In this document: positions 46,949 through 55,839 of the stretch, in pieces
How the letters are laid out: every line of letters begins with the position of its first letter
How positions within the stretch are numbered: the stretch's first letter is position 1
Origin: Clostridiales bacterium
GTDB taxonomy: Bacteria > Bacillota > Clostridia > Christensenellales > UBA1242
Length of the DNA: 64,000 nt
Assembly: GCA_015069385.1 (NCBI GenBank)
Contig: SVIS01000002.1
Span: forward strand, 33,480-97,479
Reading direction: 5' to 3'
Made by a program: the position numbers and the translations under genes
The notes under the pieces: model-generated
What the model saw: only the letters and a program-made list of their open reading frames with translations
Told to the model about the DNA's origin: nothing
The model's database searches: none

Positions 46949-47022
46949 TGGAGCGGGTGATGGGAATCGGACCCACGCAACCAGCTTGGAAGGCTGGGGC
47001 TCTACCATTGAGCTACACCCGC
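46949..47022 (-). tRNA. tRNA-Gly (anticodon UCC), CCA encoded
   Basis: Reverse complement GCGGGTGTAGCTCAATGGTAGAGC-CCAGC-CTTCCAA-GCTGG...CACCCGCTCCA. Anticodon loop is CTTCCAA. Confidence 0.88.
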
Positions 47023-47110
47023 AAATTTAAAACTTTGTTATTATAGCAAACACTGATTATATTGTCAACAAAAATTTCAATCGGTGTTAAAGTTGTTTCT
47101 AAAATTACTC

Positions 47111-47139
47111 TTGAAATTGTTATAATAACGTGTTAAAAT
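47111..47139 (+). promoter_or_regulatory. sigma-70-type promoter (TTGAAA-17-TAAAAT)
   Basis: TTGAAA 47111-47116, 17-nt spacer, TAAAAT 47134-47139, upstream of the 47160 gene. Confidence 0.5.
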
Positions 47140-47159
47140 AGTTTTAATTGGAGAAAAAT

Positions 47160-47513
47160 ATGAAATTTGTTAACCCTGTTAAATTATTACGTAAAGATAT
47201 TGAAAGTTTTATTTCATCACTACTTAGCAGTGAAGATGCAGTATTTAATAATAAAACCCCTGTTTTTAAAGATTATTCAGACTATATTCAATTTTCTTCT
47301 TTTGACAACAATGGTGCAGTAATTGCATCCAACTTTAATTGTGGAATGTGTACATACAATATATTTACTTTAACTGACTTCGAATTTTATTCATTATATC
47401 CTTTATGCCAAGCCGATTATACTCCTGCATGGCGCAACTTTTTGTCTAAGCGATTTCCTGAGTATGATAAGGAATTAAAAAAATATTTAGATAATAAACA
47501 AGCACATAAGTAA
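47160..47513 (+). CDS. hypothetical protein
   Basis: ORF with a GGAGA RBS before ATG 47160 (the track ORF begins at TTG 47148). No motif recognised. Confidence 0.5.
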   Translation: MKFVNPVKLLRKDIESFISSLLSSEDAVFNNKTPVFKDYSDYIQFSSFDNNGAVIASNFNCGMCTYNIFTLTDFEFYSLYPLCQADYTPAWRNFLSKRFPEYDKELKKYLDNKQAHK

Positions 47514-47515
47514 AA

Positions 47516-47552
47516 AATACTCCCAACTAAATTAGTTGGGAGTATTTTTTAT
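47516..47552 (+). terminator. rho-independent terminator
   Basis: 12-bp stem ATACTCCCAACT / AGTTGGGAGTAT followed by TTTTTT. Confidence 0.8.
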
Positions 47553-47562
47553 TAATATATAC

Positions 47563-47590
47563 AAAAATGCACCATTATGGTGCATTTTAA
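47563..47590 (-). terminator. rho-independent terminator of rpsU
   Basis: AAATGCACCA-TTA-TGGTGCATTT stem with a T-run on the minus strand. Confidence 0.75.
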
Positions 47591-47598
47591 TTTTTTAA

Positions 47599-47781
47599 TT
47601 AACCTCTTTTTCTAGCACGTTTTCTAGCTGCTTCGCGTTTTTCTTTTTTCTTTACGCTTGGTTTTTTATAAGCCTCTTTTTTACGAATATCACCAATAAT
47701 ACCATCTTTTTGGCATTTTCTTTTAAAACGTTTAATAGCGCTTTCAATATTCTCATTTTCGCCAACTTTAACTACTGTCAT
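47599..47781 (-). CDS. rpsU: 30S ribosomal protein S21
   Basis: [22 protein letters not shown]...[20 protein letters not shown]. Start set at ATG 47781, preceded by AAGGTGGTGA. Confidence 0.93.
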   Translation of the reverse strand: MTVVKVGENENIESAIKRFKRKCQKDGIIGDIRKKEAYKKPSVKKKEKREAARKRARKRG

Positions 47782-47820
47782 TACTTTCACCACCTTCTAA
47801 GGCCTAAATTCTTGTAGTGT

Positions 47821-47850
47821 ATTATAACAAAACTGTCATAAATTTGTCAA
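47821..47850 (-). promoter_or_regulatory. sigma-70-type promoter of rpsU (TTGACA-18-TATAAT)
   Basis: The minus strand reads TTGACA (rc of 47845-47850), an 18-nt spacer, then TATAAT (rc of 47821-47826). Confidence 0.6.
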
Positions 47851-48052
47851 GGGCTTTAATGCAAAACATTATAAAAATATATGTTTTTACTTACACACTT
47901 TTTTAGCACAAATTAACTTAATTATTGCAGAAATAAACTTTGGCATTTTAAAACAATATATTCTCATACTTTCCTCACTTCCTTCTATATATTATTTTAT
48001 GACTTTGACTTAATATATGTGCTAAAAAAATTCTCATATAAAATGAGAATTT

Positions 48053-48637
48053 TTAAGCATTTATACGTGCCTGAGTTTTTTCATTATATTTATATAGAGC
48101 AATAAGTTTTGGAGTATTATAACGAAGAATGAACCAACTCATTGAATTCATTAATATATTAACTAAAGCAACAGGTAATGCAAAGCAAGTAAAGTATTTA
48201 TAAGGATATATGAATATAATTAAAAATCCAGTAAAGAAAGACATAAAATGACCTACTCTACCATATGTAGCCTCAAGTAAATATCTATAAATGTATTCAT
48301 TGCTTTTAGGGTCTTCAACTTTGTTTTTTCTAAACTTTGTAAACTGACCAAGTTCTGGAACTAAATCTTTCCATTTTTTTATACCAATTTTTTGATAAAA
48401 AGATTTTTCCCATTTAAATACTTTAAAACGTTTATAAAAAGGATTAAACCATTTTTCTGGAAGTAATCTAACAATTGCAGCGGTTGCTCCGTCTATAACA
48501 ATAACCATTAGAGTACAAACTACAGTTGCCACCACTACAAACCAAACATCAAATCCATAAACATTTGTATTTATTAATACATTTAAACCTATAATAATGC
48601 TCCAAGCAACTAATATCATTACTGGGAATAAAATCAT
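48053..48637 (-). CDS. integral membrane protein, possibly glycosyl-4,4'-diaponeurosporenoate acyltransferase (CrtO)-like
   Basis: 194 aa with four TM segments. The FKWEKSFYQKIGIKKWKDLVPE segment resembles that family. Weak assignment. Confidence 0.4.
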   Translation of the reverse strand: MILFPVMILVAWSIIIGLNVLINTNVYGFDVWFVVVATVVCTLMVIVIDGATAAIVRLLPEKWFNPFYKRFKVFKWEKSFYQKIGIKKWKDLVPELGQFTKFRKNKVEDPKSNEYIYRYLLEATYGRVGHFMSFFTGFLIIFIYPYKYFTCFALPVALVNILMNSMSWFILRYNTPKLIALYKYNEKTQARINA

Positions 48638-48642
48638 AAATA

Positions 48643-49479
48643 TTAATCCTCTTTTGTTGAATATTTTAATTTTTTGCCATACACCTGTTCATATTTTTCT
48701 TTAACTAACTTTTCATTTTGTTCTTTCATGTAAATAATATTTTCTTTATAAGAAAGTTCAGGCTTTGGATAAATAACATCAATAACATGAAGTGTATATT
48801 CTTGAACTGGTGCACCATCGTTATCTAAGTATTGAGAATCAGTCATAGTAACAAAACATGCAACTACTGGAACATTTGCTTTTGCTGCAAATCTAAATGC
48901 ACCTTCTTTTAATGGCCTTGGCTTTTTATAATTAAGCCACATTGCTTGTTCTGGATATATTAAAACTAAATCTCCTATAGTTAAATAATGATTAATAGCC
49001 TTGAAACATTCTATCATAACCTCACGATTTTGTGCAAGCGGTATTGTATTATAATTTTTAAACACATAGCCATAAAAACCTTTAGCGCCTGCATAATTAT
49101 GCTCAGCAATTACAATATGAAGTTTTTTCTTATTTTTAAGTTTTTTAAGCATTCTTGTTATAGGATAACTATCAAATGGATGAAAATGATTACTTGTAAT
49201 AACGGCACCAGAAGTTAAGGATTCTAATTTTTCTGCCCCTATAATTTCTTTAATCATTCCGCTTTTTTTCTTTTCTTCTTTTTTTATAAATTTTTCAACT
49301 GCTCTACTGCAAAATTTTGCTTTAATTCTAGTTGATAGTTTTTTATGAAAATAATCTACCTCACCTGGTTTAATTGGGGTAAAAGGTGGATTTTCCCATG
49401 CATCTACATCAAACTTTCCTTCTTGTTCTAATTGCTCTATTCTTTTAATTGTATTTAAACGGCTTTCAGAAATTGCCAT
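48643..49479 (-). CDS. lysophospholipid (1-acyl-sn-glycerol-3-phosphate) acyltransferase-family protein
   Basis: 278 aa. NHFHPFD (HX4D acyltransferase motif) and a downstream IYPEQ (PEG-like) block. Confidence 0.65.
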   Translation of the reverse strand: MAISESRLNTIKRIEQLEQEGKFDVDAWENPPFTPIKPGEVDYFHKKLSTRIKAKFCSRAVEKFIKKEEKKKSGMIKEIIGAEKLESLTSGAVITSNHFHPFDSYPITRMLKKLKNKKKLHIVIAEHNYAGAKGFYGYVFKNYNTIPLAQNREVMIECFKAINHYLTIGDLVLIYPEQAMWLNYKKPRPLKEGAFRFAAKANVPVVACFVTMTDSQYLDNDGAPVQEYTLHVIDVIYPKPELSYKENIIYMKEQNEKLVKEKYEQVYGKKLKYSTKED

Positions 49480-49542
49480 ATTAACTCCTACTATTTGTTA
49501 AAATTAAATTGGGCTAATAATGTTAGCCCAAATAATATGTTA

Positions 49543-50583
49543 TTACTTATTATTTTTTTTTGCAAACTTGCTTCCAATTTTTTCTACAAAATTAGCCAAA
49601 ACTTGGTCTGGTGCTAAAGCATCACGTCTTAAAAAAGTAACTGAATTAATTTCTCCGCTTTCTAATAAACTCTTAAATGAATCTTTTTGTTTGCTTTGTG
49701 CATCAGCCATTTCTATTAATTTTTTACCACCAAGTGCATCTTTTTGCTTTTTTTCATCTGTAAATTCTGCAAGCAATTGTAACATTTTTTCTTCTTGACC
49801 AGCTTGCTTTGCATATTTCCAAAAAACTTCTTGATATAAAACATCAGTATAGTGCCAAGGTTTAAAAGATAAATTATAATGTATGAGTTTTATATCCTTT
49901 AATGCAAGTGAGTTGTCTTCAAATGGCATTTTGTTCCAAACTTTTGAAGCATAAGTTACTCTATCTTTACAAATTACATTTAAATAGTCTTGGTCTTGAG
50001 CAACGTTAAAAGTATATGATGAAATCAGATTAATAAATTTACCCTCAAAGTCAATTTTGCGAAGTTCTTTTAAATTCATAAGCAAAATACCGGCATTAAA
50101 ATAATTTGTATTTTTTACACCTAAAAAGTTATTAACATAGTTTATAAATTCTGGAATAATACCAACTGACTCATCTGCAATGGCGCCAACAAGATTATTA
50201 CCCAAATTAGTATTATATAATTCAGCAATATCTGCTTGAACTGCAATGTCGCAATCTAAATATAAAGCCTTATCAAACTGTGGAAACATTGTTGGAATAA
50301 ATAAACGATAGTAAGTTGTTTTACTATAATAGTCACGTGTATGAAGCGCATCACCAATTTTAACAAGTTTGTCTGCCATATTCACAAACTCAATTTTAAA
50401 GTTGTTTTTATTATACTTCATTACTTTTTCAATATTTTCTTTACTAATGCCATTGTTAAGGACATAGAAATTATAAAAGTTATCTTTTGATGCATTTGAT
50501 ACTATTGACTCTAAAGTTACAATTAAAAAAGGAACATAGTTATCATCAACAGAAAAGAAAACTGGTATTAGATTTTTATTCAT
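49543..50583 (-). CDS. glycosyltransferase family 8 protein
   Basis: 346 aa. IPVFFSVDDNYVPFL, LYLDCDIAV (DxD) and HYN..KPW blocks typical of GT8. Confidence 0.8.
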   Translation of the reverse strand: MNKNLIPVFFSVDDNYVPFLIVTLESIVSNASKDNFYNFYVLNNGISKENIEKVMKYNKNNFKIEFVNMADKLVKIGDALHTRDYYSKTTYYRLFIPTMFPQFDKALYLDCDIAVQADIAELYNTNLGNNLVGAIADESVGIIPEFINYVNNFLGVKNTNYFNAGILLMNLKELRKIDFEGKFINLISSYTFNVAQDQDYLNVICKDRVTYASKVWNKMPFEDNSLALKDIKLIHYNLSFKPWHYTDVLYQEVFWKYAKQAGQEEKMLQLLAEFTDEKKQKDALGGKKLIEMADAQSKQKDSFKSLLESGEINSVTFLRRDALAPDQVLANFVEKIGSKFAKKNNK

Positions 50584-50832
50584 ATATATTTCTCCTAATA
50601 TTTTATATATCTACATTTTTTGTGCTTTTTTTCATAACACATGGAAAGTATATTAAAAGTATATGCTTTTTTCAATCAATTTACTCAACTTTTACTCCCA
50701 ACCTTAAAGACACCAAAATGGAACCGGACATCTTTAAATGTCCCATTAAAAAATAATTCCCGCCCAGCGAGAATTTTAAAAAATATTGCAAAAATATTGT
50801 ACACGCGGCGAGAAATATGTTAAAATTAAATT

Positions 50833-51441
50833 ATGGAAAATATTAATTTAGTTATTGGCAACAATATTAAAGAACTTAGAAAAATTCACAAGATGACTCA
50901 AAATGATTTGGCTGAAAAATTAAATTATTCAAACAAAGCCATTTCTAGATGGGAGTCTGGCGAGGTTATTCCTGATGTATCTACGTTAAACAACATTTGT
51001 GATATATTTGATATACCTATTACTCAAATTTTTGAAAAAGAACTTACAAAAAGCAAAGTTGCAAAAGAATATAAGTTTAAAATGGGCAATCGTCTTGCCA
51101 TTACACTACTTTCTGTTTTAATGGTATGGCTTGCAGCAATTGTAACATATGTTTATGCAGCATTAATTTTTAATGATAATTTATGGACAGCGTTTTTATG
51201 GGCTGTGCCTATTTCTTGTGTTGTTGGTATTGTCTTTAACTCTATTTGGGGCAAAAAAATTATTAACTTTATATTAATATCAATAATGATATGGTCTATT
51301 CTTGCCTGCATTTATGTAACTTTTCTTCAATACAATATGTGGCTTATATTTATAATTGGTGTACCAATTCAAATTGGTGTACTTTTAGGTTTAAATATTC
51401 ACAGACACCCAAAAAGCCTTAGAGATGAAAATAAAAATTAA
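50833..51441 (+). CDS. XRE-family HTH regulator fused to a four-TM membrane domain
   Basis: N-terminal IKELRKIHKMTQNDLAEKLNYSNKAISRWESGE, followed by hydrophobic segments. Confidence 0.8.
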   Translation: MENINLVIGNNIKELRKIHKMTQNDLAEKLNYSNKAISRWESGEVIPDVSTLNNICDIFDIPITQIFEKELTKSKVAKEYKFKMGNRLAITLLSVLMVWLAAIVTYVYAALIFNDNLWTAFLWAVPISCVVGIVFNSIWGKKIINFILISIMIWSILACIYVTFLQYNMWLIFIIGVPIQIGVLLGLNIHRHPKSLRDENKN

Positions 51442-51442
51442 T

Positions 51443-51470
51443 ATATACCCCTCTTTTTAGAGGGGTATAT
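51443..51470. terminator. bidirectional rho-independent terminator
   Basis: 12-bp stem ATATACCCCTCT / AGAGGGGTATAT with a TTTT loop. Confidence 0.8.
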
Positions 51471-51473
51471 ATT

Positions 51474-52775
51474 TTACCTAATTATTTTACTTATTAACTT
51501 TGTTTTTACTTTTTTATTAGTTTTGCTAATTATAAATGCATTTTTCAGCATTGTTTCTACTTCTTGCAATTTGTCTTCATTATTATAATAAATTGTTGCA
51601 AGAGGTGTAGTATCTTTTACTATGTCATTTAACGAAACATTTAAATCAAAACCAACCTCATGAAGAATTTTATCACCTTTATTAGTTCTACCACCCCCAA
51701 GTAATTTACATGCATTTCCAAGCATTTCACCATTTATGGCAACAACTCTACCTTGTTTATTTGCATAAACAACTTTACTACTCTTTGACTTTTTAAGCAA
51801 TGAAAGGTCAGTAATAATATTTGCATTACCACCTTGATTTTTAACAATTTCAATTAATTTTTGAAGAGCCTTTTTTGAACTAATTACTTCATCTACTTTA
51901 TTTTTTGCTTCTTTTTCAGTTAAGTTAAATGCCAATTTTAAAATTTCTATACATATTGCAACACAAACCTGACTTAACCTATTTTTAGCACCATTTAAAA
52001 CTTCTACTGCATCTCTAATTTCTAATGTACAACCAACACCTCTGCCCAGTGGTTGTTCCATGCTAGAAATAATAGCACACATTTTTTTACCGGCATTTTT
52101 GCCAATTTTTACCATAAGATTTGCAAGCGCAGTAGCCTGTTTTACATCTTTCATAAAGGCGCCTTGGCCAAATTTAACATCTAATAAAATTATATCTGCA
52201 CCACTTGCTATTTTTTTACTCATTACAGATGATGCAATTAATGGAATACTTTGTACTGTTTCAGTTACATCTCGCAAAGCATAAAGTTTTTTATCAGCAA
52301 CAGCAATATCGGCTGTTTGAGAAATAATACTTGCACCTATATTTTGCACACTTTTAATAAATTGCTCATTTGTAATTTCAGTATTAAAACCATCAATAGC
52401 CTCTAATTTATCTATTGTTCCACCCGTAAAGCCAAGACTACGACCACTCATCTTTGCCATTTTTACACCCAAACTAGCAAGTATTGGAACAATTGCTATT
52501 GTAGTTGTATCGCTAATGCCTCCAGTTGAATGCTTATCTGCTTTTACTCCATCAATTTTACTTAAATCTAAAATATCACCACTTTTTGCCATTTCTAATG
52601 TTAATGTTGTTGTTTCACGTTCGTCCATTCCATTAATTGTAATAGCCATTAGCAGTGCCGACAATTCATAGTCGTTGAATGTATCATTTTTAACGCCATT
52701 TATTAAAAAGTTTATTTCTTCATCAGTTAAAGCCTGTTTTAACCTTTTCTTTTTTATTAAATCTTGAATTAACAT
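51474..52775 (-). CDS. pdp: pyrimidine-nucleoside (thymidine) phosphorylase
   Basis: 433 aa. DKHSTGGISDTT and SGRSLGFTGGTIDKLE motifs. Confidence 0.93.
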   Translation of the reverse strand: MLIQDLIKKKRLKQALTDEEINFLINGVKNDTFNDYELSALLMAITINGMDERETTTLTLEMAKSGDILDLSKIDGVKADKHSTGGISDTTTIAIVPILASLGVKMAKMSGRSLGFTGGTIDKLEAIDGFNTEITNEQFIKSVQNIGASIISQTADIAVADKKLYALRDVTETVQSIPLIASSVMSKKIASGADIILLDVKFGQGAFMKDVKQATALANLMVKIGKNAGKKMCAIISSMEQPLGRGVGCTLEIRDAVEVLNGAKNRLSQVCVAICIEILKLAFNLTEKEAKNKVDEVISSKKALQKLIEIVKNQGGNANIITDLSLLKKSKSSKVVYANKQGRVVAINGEMLGNACKLLGGGRTNKGDKILHEVGFDLNVSLNDIVKDTTPLATIYYNNEDKLQEVETMLKNAFIISKTNKKVKTKLISKIIR

Positions 52776-52777
52776 AT

Positions 52778-53956
52778 TTACCTACATATAATTTTATTTA
52801 AAAAACTTTCGCCCTTAAGAACTTGTTCATTAATATTAAAGTTTTGCAAAATTGTTTTAGCAATTGCTCCAAAACATTTTATTGTGCCCAAATTATTGTC
52901 CGCTTTTATATTGCTTGCATAGCACAACATTGGTACATATTCACGACTATGATCAGTGCTTGGAGTTTTAGGGTCACAACCATGGTCGGCTGTAATTATT
53001 AATAAATCGTCTTTATTCATTTTTTGCATAAATCTACCCAACTGCTCATCAAATTCGGTTATTGCTTTTGCGTAACCATCGATATCATTCCTATGTCCAA
53101 ATTTAGCGTCAAAATCCACCAAATTAACAAAGCACAAGCCCTCAAAATCTTTATCAAGCAAATTTATTGTTTTTTCCATACCATCTTGATTGCTAACCGT
53201 TCTGTAAGATTCATCTATACCACTGCCAGCAAATATATCATATATTTTACCAACAGATATAACTTTTTTATTATTTTCTTGCAAATAATTTAGCATTGTT
53301 TTGCTAGGTGGCAAAAGCGAATAATCATGTCTATTAGCTGTTCTTGTATAATTTGGATATGTTCCAACAAATGGCCGTGCAATTACTCTTCCAACTGCAT
53401 GGTCTCCATTTAAATATTGTCTTGCAATTTTGCAATATTCATATAATTTTTCTATAGGAACAATATTTTCATGAGCCGCTATTTGAAAGACACTATCTGC
53501 ACTTGTATACACAATTAGTTTACCAGTTTGCTCATGTTGTTTACCATAATCTAACAATACTTCTGTACCAGAGTATGGTTTATTTACTAGCCAACCCCTA
53601 CCCCATGCATGTTCTAATTTTTGCATTAAATCTAAAGGAAAACCATTTGGATAAGTTGGCATTTGTGCTGTAGAAACCAAGCCAGCAAACTCCCAATGAC
53701 CTGTTGTAGTATCTTTGCCTACCGAAAGTTCTTGTAATTTTGCATAAGTACCAATAGGATGTTTTTCTGGCTCTCCACAATTTATATTATCGATATTAAA
53801 AATACCTAATTTTTTCAAATTTGGCGCATTAAAATACTCAGATTCATAACAAGATTTTAAAGTATTACTGCCTTCATCGCCAAACAAATTAGCATCTGGC
53901 AATGCTCCACAACCCAAACTATCCATTACAATTAAAAATATTCTCTTATAATTCAT
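52778..53956 (-). CDS. deoB: phosphopentomutase
   Basis: 392 aa. IVMDSLGCGALPDA N-terminus and ITADHGCDP metal-site motif. Confidence 0.93.
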   Translation of the reverse strand: MNYKRIFLIVMDSLGCGALPDANLFGDEGSNTLKSCYESEYFNAPNLKKLGIFNIDNINCGEPEKHPIGTYAKLQELSVGKDTTTGHWEFAGLVSTAQMPTYPNGFPLDLMQKLEHAWGRGWLVNKPYSGTEVLLDYGKQHEQTGKLIVYTSADSVFQIAAHENIVPIEKLYEYCKIARQYLNGDHAVGRVIARPFVGTYPNYTRTANRHDYSLLPPSKTMLNYLQENNKKVISVGKIYDIFAGSGIDESYRTVSNQDGMEKTINLLDKDFEGLCFVNLVDFDAKFGHRNDIDGYAKAITEFDEQLGRFMQKMNKDDLLIITADHGCDPKTPSTDHSREYVPMLCYASNIKADNNLGTIKCFGAIAKTILQNFNINEQVLKGESFLNKIICR

Positions 53957-54662
53957 ACGCTACCTCTAATGCAAGTTTAACCATTTGCGAAAAACCGTAT
54001 GCACGCTCATTGCTTGGAGTTTCTTCACCTGTAAGTATACTATTTGAAACAGTACAAATTGTTATTGCTTTTTTATTAAATTTTTCAGCATTTAAATATA
54101 AAGCAGATGACTCCATTTCACACCCAAGCAAGCCTAAATTTATAGCTTTTTGAATTTCTGATTTTTCATCATAATAAGTATCACTACACAAAATGCTACC
54201 AATATGGCAATTTTTTGTAATTTCGCTTGCCTTTTGAACAACATTATTTAATAAATCTTTGTTCGCATAAATATAATTTTCACCATTTTTTAAATAGAAA
54301 TTATTATAATTGGTGTTTGTAAACACCTTTTCAGCCACAACAATATCTTTAATTTTTACATCTTTTTGTAAAGAACCTATGGATCCAACCCTAATAATAG
54401 TTTCAACATCATAAAATGCAAAAAGTTCATATGAGTATATACCCATAGATGGATTACCCATACCATGTGCCATTACAGACACCTGCTTACCATTATATGT
54501 GCCCGTATAGGCATACATACCCCTTACTTCGTTTACAAGTTTTGCATTTTTTAAAAAGTTCTCAGCAATATATTTAACTCTTATTGGGTCACCTGCCATT
54601 AAAACAATTTTTGCAATTTCACCTTTTTTTGCACTATTATGCGGTGTGGGTGTATAATTCAT
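53946..54662 (-). CDS. deoD: purine nucleoside phosphorylase, DeoD type
   Basis: 238 aa. TPHNSAKKGEIAKIVLMAGDPIRVKYIAENFL and GCEMESSALY motifs. Confidence 0.93.
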   Translation of the reverse strand: MNYTPTPHNSAKKGEIAKIVLMAGDPIRVKYIAENFLKNAKLVNEVRGMYAYTGTYNGKQVSVMAHGMGNPSMGIYSYELFAFYDVETIIRVGSIGSLQKDVKIKDIVVAEKVFTNTNYNNFYLKNGENYIYANKDLLNNVVQKASEITKNCHIGSILCSDTYYDEKSEIQKAINLGLLGCEMESSALYLNAEKFNKKAITICTVSNSILTGEETPSNERAYGFSQMVKLALEVAYEL

Positions 54663-54763
54663 AATCTCTCCTATTTTACTTTTATTATATTACATTTATT
54701 TTAAATCATTTATAACATAATTGCAAATAACTATAAAAAATTATTAAAAATACACACTTATTT

Positions 54764-55489
54764 TTATGTGCGTTTTAACAAAATGATATTATTTATATCT
54801 ATAGTAGCCAAAGCATTTGCTCTATTACATAACATTTTGGCTATCTCATATTTATTAAGCCCTGTTTTTACCAAATCTGAAAAGTTTATAGGCTTATCAA
54901 TTACAAAAGTTTTATCTTTTTTTCTATAATAACTAACAAAAATAGGCAAATCTATTCCTTTTTTATAAAACATTTTTGCAAGTACAACAAAACCAGCAAA
55001 AAACTGAGTTAGATTATCAAAATATCCTTTTGAACTATCTTCGGGAAAAATTATTAAGTTTTGACCATTTTGAATTGTTTTTATGCTTTCTTTTATTGTG
55101 TTTTTGAAACGATGGTCTTTATAGGTAGAAATAAGATTTAAACCTTTATAAAAAAGGTTTGCAAAGGGACAAGCAAAAAATGCAATTAGTTTTGAAACAA
55201 ACTTGCCTTTATGCTTCTTTTGGTGAAAGTATACTGTTGACAAATATTTATACACCGATTTTAAGCCCGAGTTCATTTCGTAAGTACCCCAAAACCTAAA
55301 ATTTTCTTTAAAGTATAATTCATACTTTACCGGTGCAGACGCCCCAACATGATTACTTAAAATTATTGAAGGTTTTGTAATGCTTTCACCCAAATAAACA
55401 AATTTTGGTTTTGGCACAAATAATTTTAAAAAACATTTTAAACCTCTAAACCAAGTTTTCCTGTTATGTATTTTTTTTGTTTTAGACAT
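54764..55489 (-). CDS. acyltransferase-family protein (PlsC-like)
   Basis: 241 aa. SNHVGASAP (degenerate HX4D) and IFPEDS (PEG-like) blocks. Confidence 0.5.
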   Translation of the reverse strand: MSKTKKIHNRKTWFRGLKCFLKLFVPKPKFVYLGESITKPSIILSNHVGASAPVKYELYFKENFRFWGTYEMNSGLKSVYKYLSTVYFHQKKHKGKFVSKLIAFFACPFANLFYKGLNLISTYKDHRFKNTIKESIKTIQNGQNLIIFPEDSSKGYFDNLTQFFAGFVVLAKMFYKKGIDLPIFVSYYRKKDKTFVIDKPINFSDLVKTGLNKYEIAKMLCNRANALATIDINNIILLKRT

Positions 55490-55839
55490 ATTATTTCCTT
55501 GTTTTTCTTATATAAAAATGAATTTGTTTATGTTTAATAAATATAGAGTTTGAAGCAAATAATAATTTATATAAGATGTATTATATAATTATATTATGAA
55601 TGGTGATATGCTATTCATTACATTCTAAATAATTGCACAATAAACACAATCAAAATTGTACCATAAAATTTTACAAACAATAATAAAAAAATTAAAGTTT
55701 TTAAAAAAATTCATTTTATCAAAAATGTTAAACTTTTTAAAAAATTGGTTGAATATTGTATTTAATTTGACTTAAATGTATAATTATAGTAAAATTATAG
55801 TGAAGAAAGGTATATCCTATTAAAAAGGAGGGTAAGATT

